From Planctomycetota bacterium (GTDB lineage: Bacteria; Planctomycetota; UBA8108; SXIK01), in NCBI GenBank assembly GCA_965223845.1, contig CBDCXR010000004.1, forward strand, positions 4,640,001 through 4,704,000: 64,000 nucleotides of DNA, written 5' to 3'. The stretch's first letter is position 1. Each line of letters starts with the position of its first letter. The translations under genes and the position numbers were made by a program. The notes under the pieces are model-generated. The model made no database searches. It saw only the letters and a program-made list of their open reading frames with translations, and was not told the origin of the DNA. Below are positions 11,253 through 19,372 of the stretch, one piece after another.

Positions 11253-12800
11253 ATGTCAGAGACCGCGACGAAGAACCGAGCCACGGAGGAGTGGATTCAG
11301 CTCCAGCCGCGCGACGAGCACAACCTCGAGCTCGAGCGGAATGTCCGCCCGCCCGATTGGGTGAATCCGAAGCCCGAGGGCCGGTACAACCTCGTCGTCA
11401 TCGGCGGCGGCACTGCCGGCCTCGTGTCCGCGGCCGGCGCAGCCGGACTCGGCGCTAAGGTCGCGCTGATCGAGCGCGAGCTGCTGGGTGGCGATTGTCT
11501 GAACGTCGGCTGCGTGCCCTCGAAGGGCGTCATCAGTGCCGCGCGCGTAGCCGCGACCGTGCGGGACGCGGGCGAGTTCGGCATCCGCGTACCCGAGGGA
11601 GTCGAGGTCGATTTCGGCGCGGCGATGGAGCGAATGCGGCGTCTCCGCGCGCGCATCAGCCCCAACGATTCGGCGGCGCGCTTTCGCGACCTCGGAGTCG
11701 ACGTGTTCGTCGGCTCCGGGCGCTTTGTCGACTCGGAGACGATCGACGTCGACGGAACTCAGCTCAAGTTCAAGCGCGCTGTGATCGCCACCGGCGCCCG
11801 CGCGGCAGCACCCCCGATCCCCGGGCTCGACACGGTCGAGCGACCGCTCACGAACGAGTCGGTGTTCTCGCTGACCGAGCGGCCGAACCGGCTCGGAGTC
11901 ATCGGAGCGGGACCGATCGGCTCGGAGCTCGCCCAGTCGTTCGCCCGGTTCGGCTCCGAGGTCTACCTCGTCGAGTCGGCGCACGGGATTCTAACGCGCG
12001 AAGATCCGGACGCAGCCGAGTTCGTGGAGCGACAGATGCTCCGCGACGGGGTCCGTCTCCTCTGCTGCGGACGCGACACGAAAGTCGTCGGAGGCGACCC
12101 GATCCGGCTCACTCTCGAATCTCACGACAAAGCCTACGACCAGCCGATCGACGAACTCCTCGTCGCGGTCGGCCGCGCGCCAAACGTCGAGAGCCTCAAT
12201 CTCGAGGCGGTCGGAGTCGAGTACGACAAGAAGGGTGTCAAGGTCGACGACCGACTTCGGACGACGAACCCGCGCATCTTCGCCGCGGGCGACGTCTGCT
12301 CGCGCTACCAGTTCACGCACGCCGCCGACTTCATGGCCCGGATCGTCATTCAGAACGCACTCTTCATGGGACGATCGAGAGCGAGCGCGCTTACGATTCC
12401 GTGGTGCACCTACACGACTCCCGAAATCGCGCGCGTCGGCCTCAACGAGAAAGATGCCGCCGATCAGGGGATCGCGATCGACACCTACACTCAGGAGCTC
12501 GCGGACGTCGACCGTGCGATTCTCGAAGGCGAGGAGGACGGATTCGTCCGCATCGTCACGAAAAAGGGCGCGGATCGAATTCTCGGTGCGACCATCGTCG
12601 CCCGGAACGCCGGCGACATGATCGGAGAGGTGACCCTCGCCATGACGCACGGGCTCGGCCTCAAGAAAATCGCCAGCGCGATCCATCCGTACCCCACGCA
12701 AGCGGAGGCGATTCGAAAGGTCGGTGACGCGTACAATCGGACGCGACTCACGCCGGGTGTGAAGCGTCTCTTCGAAAAGTGGCTGATCTGGACTCGCTAG
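11253..12800 (+). CDS. Class I pyridine nucleotide-disulfide oxidoreductase (MerA/Lpd-like, without MerA C-terminal Cys pair)
   Basis: VIGGGTAG, GGDCLNVGCVPSK, IATG, IGAGPIG, FAAGD, HPYPT. Confidence 0.85.
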   Translation: MSETATKNRATEEWIQLQPRDEHNLELERNVRPPDWVNPKPEGRYNLVVIGGGTAGLVSAAGAAGLGAKVALIERELLGGDCLNVGCVPSKGVISAARVAATVRDAGEFGIRVPEGVEVDFGAAMERMRRLRARISPNDSAARFRDLGVDVFVGSGRFVDSETIDVDGTQLKFKRAVIATGARAAAPPIPGLDTVERPLTNESVFSLTERPNRLGVIGAGPIGSELAQSFARFGSEVYLVESAHGILTREDPDAAEFVERQMLRDGVRLLCCGRDTKVVGGDPIRLTLESHDKAYDQPIDELLVAVGRAPNVESLNLEAVGVEYDKKGVKVDDRLRTTNPRIFAAGDVCSRYQFTHAADFMARIVIQNALFMGRSRASALTIPWCTYTTPEIARVGLNEKDAADQGIAIDTYTQELADVDRAILEGEEDGFVRIVTKKGADRILGATIVARNAGDMIGEVTLAMTHGLGLKKIASAIHPYPTQAEAIRKVGDAYNRTRLTPGVKRLFEKWLIWTR

Positions 12801-12852
12801 TCGATACAGCCCTCCGTCTTCTCTCACCGTAGAAAAACGCAGGAACGATACG

Positions 12853-14208
12853 ATGGAACTCGACGCTCGAACCGAGATCGATTGCTTCATGCAGGGACTC
12901 GTGAAGCGAAACCCGGGAGAAGAAGAGTTTCACCAGGCCGTGCGCGAGGTCACGGAAACGCTCATGCCGTACATTCTCGAGCATCCGCGCTACCGCGACG
13001 CGCGCATCCTCGAGCGGATGACGGAGCCGGATCGAGTCGTGATCTTTCGCGTGTCTTGGGAAGACGACGCCGGCAACGTCCGCGTCAACCGAGCCTGGCG
13101 CGTGCAGTTCAACAATTCGATCGGCCCGTACAAGGGCGGGATGCGGTTCCATCCGAGCGTGAACCTGAGCATCCTCAAATTCCTCGGCTTCGAGCAGACG
13201 TTTAAGAACAGCCTGACGGGTCTCCCGATGGGTGGCGCCAAGGGTGGTGCGAACTTCAATCCCAAAGGGAAGAGCGATCGCGAGGTGATGCGTTTTTGTC
13301 AGTCCCTCATCACCGAGCTCCATCGCCACGTCGGCGAAGACACCGACGTTCCGGCGGGAGACATCGGAGTCGGCGGCCGCGAAATCAGCTACATGTTCGG
13401 CCAGTACAAGCGGCTCGTGAACCGCTTCACGGGAATCCTCACCGGCAAGGGACTCGCGTTCGGCGGGAGCCTCATCCGCACCGAGGCGACGGGATATGGC
13501 TGCGTCTACTTCTGCGAGAACATGCTCCAGCACGTCAATGATTCGATCGCCGGCAAGACGTGCGTCGTGTCCGGATCCGGGAACGTCGCCATATACACCG
13601 TCGAGAAAGCGGCGGAGCTCGGCGCCAAGGTCGTCACGATCTCCGATTCCTCCGGATTCGTCCACGACCCCGACGGCTTCGACGCGGAGAAGATCGCGTA
13701 CATCAAGGATCTCAAGGAAGCGCGGCGCGGACGAGTCGGAGAGTACGCGGAACGGTTTCCGCGGGCCTCGTTCCACGCCGGCGAGCGCCCCTGGGGCGTG
13801 CCGTGTGACGTCGCCTTCCCGTGCGCGACGCAGAACGAGCTCAACTCGGACGAAGCGAAGACTCTCCTCGAGAACGGAGTGAAGGTCGTCTGCGAAGGCG
13901 CGAACATGCCGTCGGAGCTCGTCGCCGTACACATCTTCCGCGATGCGAAAATCCTGTTCGGTCCGGCGAAGGCAGCGAACGCCGGAGGAGTCGCGGTTTC
14001 AGGCCTCGAGCAGAGCCAGAACGCGCTCCGGCTGTCGTGGAGCCGCGACGAGGTCGACGAGCGGTTGAAGACGATCATGCGAGATATCCATCGGAACTGC
14101 GTCCGGCACGGGAGCGAGCCGGACGGATCCGTCGACTACGTAAAGGGCGCGAATCTCGCCGGCTTCATCAAGGTCGCCGACGCGATGCTCGCGTACGGAA
14201 TCGTGTGA
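12853..14208 (+). CDS. gdhA: NADP-specific glutamate dehydrogenase
   Basis: GPYKGGMRFHPSVN, KNSLTGLPMGGAKGG, DVPAGDIGVG, GSGNVA, CATQNE, EGANMP, KAANAGGV. Confidence 0.95.
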   Translation: MELDARTEIDCFMQGLVKRNPGEEEFHQAVREVTETLMPYILEHPRYRDARILERMTEPDRVVIFRVSWEDDAGNVRVNRAWRVQFNNSIGPYKGGMRFHPSVNLSILKFLGFEQTFKNSLTGLPMGGAKGGANFNPKGKSDREVMRFCQSLITELHRHVGEDTDVPAGDIGVGGREISYMFGQYKRLVNRFTGILTGKGLAFGGSLIRTEATGYGCVYFCENMLQHVNDSIAGKTCVVSGSGNVAIYTVEKAAELGAKVVTISDSSGFVHDPDGFDAEKIAYIKDLKEARRGRVGEYAERFPRASFHAGERPWGVPCDVAFPCATQNELNSDEAKTLLENGVKVVCEGANMPSELVAVHIFRDAKILFGPAKAANAGGVAVSGLEQSQNALRLSWSRDEVDERLKTIMRDIHRNCVRHGSEPDGSVDYVKGANLAGFIKVADAMLAYGIV

Positions 14209-14210
14209 GC

Positions 14211-15146
14211 TCACTCGCTCTTCGGAAAGAGCTGGGACGACGTGTGGAGGAGCAGCGTCGCGTGGAGATCGTCCGGCCTTCGCTTGTCGAGCAGATTGAC
14301 GAGCCGATTCGCCATTCCCTCGCGCACCGAGGTTCGCGCGTACTCGACCGCAGACGCGCCGCAGCGCTCCGCCAGTCGCTCGAGAATGAAGAGCCCGGGG
14401 AGCAGCACCTCACGCCGGGAAGGATCGAGCTCCTCGGGTGCGCCGTGCCGTGCGACCCGATCGATCCAATCGCGGAGCTGCGAGACCGCGATCGAGTCGG
14501 AGCCCGAGATGCGCGCGAGCGCCTTGGCCGTACCGCCGGTGGCGAGCACTCGGGTGGGAGGTGAGATCGGGAGCTCCGCGAGAGCGGCGTCGCAGTACTC
14601 GCGATTCCGCCGCGCGAACTCCTCCGGGGAACGACGATACCGAGCGAACCGACAGTGATTTCGGATCGCGCCGAGCCTCACGCTGCCGCAATCGCGCAGC
14701 CGCCCCGCGTCGATGCGCGCCCACTCGGTCGTGGCGCCGCCGAGGTCCCCTAAGAGAACAGTCTCGCTCGCCGGCGCCGTGAACGTGCGTGCCATGAGCT
14801 TCGCCTCGTCGCGCCCGCCGATGACTCGCACGCGCACGCCCGTCTCGCTTTGGACCCGCTCCGCCAAATCGCGCATCTCGGGAAGCTCGCGGAAGACGCC
14901 GGTGGCAAGACAGAGGCACTTTTCGAGCGGCAATCCCTCGGAGTGCGAAGACGCGGTGCGGATTGCCGACAGGACCTCGTTCACCATTTCGACGCGGAGC
15001 GCGGGCTCGGTGAAGAACTCGTGCGCGACGCGCCAGGGGACTTTCGTCGTCTCGATCGAGTGCGTGCCGTCGAGCTCCTTCGAGACTCGATAGAACTTGA
15101 GCGAGTTCGACCCGAGCTCGAATAGACCGTACTGCCGCCGACTCAC
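14211..15146 (-). CDS. Short Ppx/GppA-family phosphatase (ASKHA fold), 311 aa
   Basis: GGAGGGAG RBS before GTG 15146. ELGSNS, ATG..R, GRDEA, DLGGATTE, TGGT, VREG. Confidence 0.75.
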   Translation of the reverse strand: MSRRQYGLFELGSNSLKFYRVSKELDGTHSIETTKVPWRVAHEFFTEPALRVEMVNEVLSAIRTASSHSEGLPLEKCLCLATGVFRELPEMRDLAERVQSETGVRVRVIGGRDEAKLMARTFTAPASETVLLGDLGGATTEWARIDAGRLRDCGSVRLGAIRNHCRFARYRRSPEEFARRNREYCDAALAELPISPPTRVLATGGTAKALARISGSDSIAVSQLRDWIDRVARHGAPEELDPSRREVLLPGLFILERLAERCGASAVEYARTSVREGMANRLVNLLDKRRPDDLHATLLLHTSSQLFPKSE

Positions 15147-15688
15147 GGGCGTGCTCCCTCCGTCTCGGCTGCGAGCCGCGCGACGCCGGCGAGGAATCTC
15201 GCGCCCGCGGGAGTCCCCCACCGCAGGCTCGCGCGAAGAATTCCGCAGGGGCAGGGACCGCCTTAGCCGGCGACTCCTCTCCATCCGCCCGTCGGCCGGC
15301 GCCGAGCGTGGTCTGCACCCACGCACCCAGTTCCTCCGGGCCCGAAATCGCGCGTCTCCTCGAGCCCCCGCGCGATCGCACCCAGGATTCGGCGGCATCG
15401 TACCTCGATTTCCCGGGGGAACCGCTGAGATTCTCCGCCGCCGGGCCGGGTCCGGCGAGCCCACCGGAGGGACGCCGACCGAGAAGGTTTCTCGAATGAG
15501 CTCAAGCCCCCCCGTCAATCGACCGATAAATGGGGCGAGAAAATTACTTGAACTACTGGTTAGTCTGGAGGGTTCCGTCTAAGATCCTGTCGATCCTCCA
15601 AACCGGCCGCGCGGCCGGGATCCGGCTCTGGGCCTTTCTAGATCTCGGGGCTTCAGCGATTCTTCTGTTTTTTTCGGAGCACCGAGCG

Positions 15689-15979
15689 ATGGCTCAGAAG
15701 CTTTACGTCGGCAATCTTCCCTTTAGCGCCACCGAGGATGAGGTCCGCGACCTCTTCGCTCAATACGGCGAAGTTCTCTCGGTGACACTCATCACCGATC
15801 GGGAGACCGGCCGACCGCGCGGGTTCGGATTCGTCGAGATCGACGACAACGGCGCGAGCAACGCCATCGCGAGCCTCAACGGCACGGACTTCGGCGGTCG
15901 CGACCTGCGAGTCAACGAGGCGCGCGAGCGCAGCCCCAGAGGAGGGGGCGACGGCGGAGGTGGTAGACGTTCGTGGTGA
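15689..15979 (+). CDS. RRM-domain RNA-binding protein with Gly-rich tail
   Basis: RNP2 LYVGNL, RNP1 RGFGFVE, C-terminal RGGGDGGGGRRSW. Confidence 0.95.
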   Translation: MAQKLYVGNLPFSATEDEVRDLFAQYGEVLSVTLITDRETGRPRGFGFVEIDDNGASNAIASLNGTDFGGRDLRVNEARERSPRGGGDGGGGRRSW

Positions 15980-16566
15980 TCTGAAGGATCGCCACTCAGG
16001 TCACGGAGGAGCAGCGCCTTCCCGGGCGCGGTGGCGGAGTGGTCCGGAGTCTCGCGTCGAGCGAGGGCTTCGAACCAAACGCTCGATGCCGGTCCGGGAG
16101 GCGGAGCTCGCCGCGGCGAGGTGACGGGGTAAGTCGGGGGAAAAGGAGAGAGCCGGAAAGGTGATCCGCAAGCGCACGCGGATCGAGTCCCGCTTCGCGG
16201 GGGGAGCGTTCTCTTCCGAGGGCGGCGCGTCGAACGGGACTCCGCCCCGGTCCATGGACGTCGAGCGGGACACGGTCGCGACATCGGACTCACGCAGCGC
16301 GCGATTCGCGACCGTCTGTGACCGACCGTCCCACCAGTGCCGCGCTCGCGGGAGAATCGACGAACCGCAAACGCCGACTCGAAGGTCGGCCGCGGAAAAC
16401 CGTCGAGACCACTAGCGAGACTCTACCCAAAACAACTCACGAGCCCGCACGAAACCGGCCGGCGCGACCCGTCGGACGATTCGTGGAGGCAGCACCGCCG
16501 AGAGACCGACGACGCGCGATTCTCGATTCAGAATTTTGACCACGATGAGAACTCAGGACGACCGCA

Positions 16567-17580
16567 ATGCGTGACGGCAGACTGCTGACTAGAGAGACGA
16601 AGCGATTCGCTTCGGAGAAGCGCGGGCGAAGCTGGTGGTACGTGATCTCGACGACTTGCGTCCTCGCCGCGCTGGTGACGGTCGCGTTCCTCGACCTCCC
16701 GTGGATCGTTAGGATCGGGGCCTGCCTCCTCGCCGGTCTCGTCCACGTCCGACTCTTCGTGATCTATCACGACTATCTCCACGGCGCGATCCTCGAGCGA
16801 TCGATCATCGCGAAGCTGTTCTTTCATATCTACGGGCTCTTCGTACTCGCGCCCCCGAGCATCTGGAAGGACACGCACGACCACCACCACCGCAACAACG
16901 CCCGTCGAATGGGCAGCGACAGCGTCGGAACATTTCCGATCATGACGACGCAGAGCTATCGACAAGCCGGTTTCGGCGCGCGGTTCATCTACGCTCTCAC
17001 TCGCCACCCGGTGACGATCGCCCTCGGCTACTTCACGGTGTTCCTCTACGGCTTCTGCATCCAACCGCTCCTCACCAATCCGAAGAAACATTACGACGCC
17101 GCCGTGTCGATCCTCCTTCACTTCGGGATCGCCGCGCTTCTCGCGCTCTGGAGTCCGGCGGCGATGCTCGTTGCCTTCATCCTCCCGATCGCTCTCGCCG
17201 CGGGGCTCGGTTCTTATCTCTTCTACGCGCAGCACAACTACCCGAGCGCGAAGATCCGTCCGGGAAAGGACTGGGATTACGTTTTCGCGGCGCTCCGCTC
17301 GTCGAGCTTTCTCGACACGAACCCGCTGATGCACTGGTTCACGGCGAACATCGGCTACCACCACGTTCACCACCTGAACGCTCGCATCCCGTTTTACCGT
17401 CTCCCCGAAGCGATGGCGGAGATCGAAGAGCTCCGCTCCCCCGGTACGACCACGCTGCGCCCGGGCGACATCATCCGCTGCCTGCGGCTCAAGCTCTGGG
17501 ATCCGGATCGCGACCGGTTCGTCTCTTTCGCTGAGAGTCGCCGCGCCGCGAAGCCGAAGCGAACGCCGGTCGAAGTCTGA
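16567..17580 (+). CDS. Membrane fatty acid desaturase
   Basis: Three His boxes (HDYLH, HDHHH, HHVHH) plus QHNY and transmembrane segments. Confidence 0.9.
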   Translation: MRDGRLLTRETKRFASEKRGRSWWYVISTTCVLAALVTVAFLDLPWIVRIGACLLAGLVHVRLFVIYHDYLHGAILERSIIAKLFFHIYGLFVLAPPSIWKDTHDHHHRNNARRMGSDSVGTFPIMTTQSYRQAGFGARFIYALTRHPVTIALGYFTVFLYGFCIQPLLTNPKKHYDAAVSILLHFGIAALLALWSPAAMLVAFILPIALAAGLGSYLFYAQHNYPSAKIRPGKDWDYVFAALRSSSFLDTNPLMHWFTANIGYHHVHHLNARIPFYRLPEAMAEIEELRSPGTTTLRPGDIIRCLRLKLWDPDRDRFVSFAESRRAAKPKRTPVEV

Positions 17581-17738
17581 CGCGCAGACGAGCAGAGACC
17601 GGGATCCTCGCGCCGAGCGCGCTGCTCATCCTGGCGCGCCTATCGCGTCGATGGCAGCATGGAGCCTCTCCGTGACGACCGCGCGGCGGCCCGTCGTGGC
17701 CTCCACTCCCTACTCGACGCGAACGAGGATTCCCTGCG

Positions 17739-19280
17739 ATGCGAGTGTTTCGAGCGGGCCTCCTCGCCCTCCTGGTCGCGGTGCTCAGCGGGTCTGCGCT
17801 CTCCGCCGAAAGCCGTCCGCCAACCAACATCGTCTGGATCATCGTCGAGGACATGTCGGCGAACTTCGGCTGCTACGGCGAGAAGACGATCGCGACACCG
17901 AACGTTGATCGCCTCGCGCGCGAGGGGATCCGATTTACGAACGCGGTTGTCACGGCGCCCGTCTGCTCGGCCGCGCGTTCTGCGCTCATCACCGGCATGT
18001 ATCAGTCGTCCATCGGAGCTCACCACCACCGCAGCGGCCGCGGCGTGGAGAAGATCCGACTCCCCGATCACGTGAGGACGGTGCCGCGTCTCTTCAAGAA
18101 CGCCGGGTATCTCGTCCTCAATCTCTCGATCCAAGAGTTCGCCGGCCCGTCCCCGAACGAAAGCCGTGCCGCTGCACGGACGCGGGGTCAGGGGAAGAAC
18201 GGCACGCGCGTGAGAATCGCGAAGACCGACTACAACTTCGAGTGGGACGCGGACGATTTCGATCACACGCACTGGTCCTCGCGCCCGGAGGGGCAGCCGT
18301 TCTTTGCGCAGGTCCAGCTCCGCGGGGGAAAGCTCCGCGGCGGCGGCGACGGCAAGCGCTGGCCGAAAACCGTCGAGAAGACACTCGGGAGCACGACACC
18401 GGCAAGCGCGGTGCGCCTACCCCCGTATCTGCCCGCGGATCCCGTCATCGTCGAGGACTGGCGGCAGTATCTCGACGCCGTGCGCTTCACGGACCATGAG
18501 GTCGGGCGCATCGTCGAGCGGCTGCGGGAGAGTGGCGAGCTCGAGCGGACCTACATCTTCTTCATCACCGATCACGGCATCAGTCACGTCCGCAACAAGC
18601 AGTTCTGCTACGACGGAGGCGTCCACATCCCCTTCGTGGTTCGGGGACCCGGCCTCGAGCCCGGCACGACGCGCGAGGACCCGGTCGAGCACATCGACCT
18701 CGCCGCGACCTCGCTCGGTCTCGCGGGCGTAGCGATCCCCGGGTGGATGCAGGCGCGGAACGTGCTCGCGAAGAACTATCGGCCGCGGACGTTCGCATTC
18801 TCGGCTCGCGATCGCTGCGACGAAACCGTCGACCGGATCCGCTCGGTGCGGAGCGGACGCTACAAGTACATTCGCAACTTCTACCCGAAGCGACCGTATC
18901 TTCAGCCGAATCGCTACAAGGACAACAAGCCGATCCTGAAGGCGATGCGACGTCTTCACGCGGCCGGCGAGCTGAATGCCGAGCGAGCGCGCATCATGGC
19001 GGAGTCGCGACCGCCAGAGGAGCTCTACGACCTTCGGGACGATCCGCACGAAGGGAAGAATCTAGCCGCGTCGGTGGAGCACCGACCACAGCTCGAGAGG
19101 ATGCGAGCGGCGCTCGATGACTGGATCCGAGCGACGAAGGACCGCGCTGAGAGCCCCGAGCCCGCTGCGATGTACGACAGCGATATGGCGAAGTACCTCA
19201 AAGAGAAGCGCGGGGAGCAAGGGGAGATCTTGCGGCGCAACATCGCGACGATGAAGGCTTGGGCGCGTGCGGGTCGCTAG
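17739..19280 (+). CDS. Secreted S1 sulfatase
   Basis: Signal peptide, NIVWIIVED, CSAARSALITG, DHG, EELYDL..DPHE..NLA. Confidence 0.9.
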   Translation: MRVFRAGLLALLVAVLSGSALSAESRPPTNIVWIIVEDMSANFGCYGEKTIATPNVDRLAREGIRFTNAVVTAPVCSAARSALITGMYQSSIGAHHHRSGRGVEKIRLPDHVRTVPRLFKNAGYLVLNLSIQEFAGPSPNESRAAARTRGQGKNGTRVRIAKTDYNFEWDADDFDHTHWSSRPEGQPFFAQVQLRGGKLRGGGDGKRWPKTVEKTLGSTTPASAVRLPPYLPADPVIVEDWRQYLDAVRFTDHEVGRIVERLRESGELERTYIFFITDHGISHVRNKQFCYDGGVHIPFVVRGPGLEPGTTREDPVEHIDLAATSLGLAGVAIPGWMQARNVLAKNYRPRTFAFSARDRCDETVDRIRSVRSGRYKYIRNFYPKRPYLQPNRYKDNKPILKAMRRLHAAGELNAERARIMAESRPPEELYDLRDDPHEGKNLAASVEHRPQLERMRAALDDWIRATKDRAESPEPAAMYDSDMAKYLKEKRGEQGEILRRNIATMKAWARAGR

Positions 19281-19372
19281 GGGCGAGCGGCGGATGCGTC
19301 CCTTCGCGACCTTCGTGTGAAACTCTTTTCAGAGATCGGGGTGTCTTCGGGCCGTCAGGCGCCACCGAGCAC

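Noticed and set aside
11253-12800. Calling this gene merA (mercury resistance)
   Set aside because: No C-terminal Cys-Cys, no metal-binding N-domain, and no merR/T/P nearby.
12748-13932. 394-aa ORF antisense to gdhA
   Set aside because: Mirror frame of a highly biased housekeeping gene, with no independent evidence of coding.
15980-16566. Short ORFs in the RRM-desaturase spacer
   Set aside because: Arg/Pro-rich translations without RBS or motifs, mutually overlapping; treated as non-coding.
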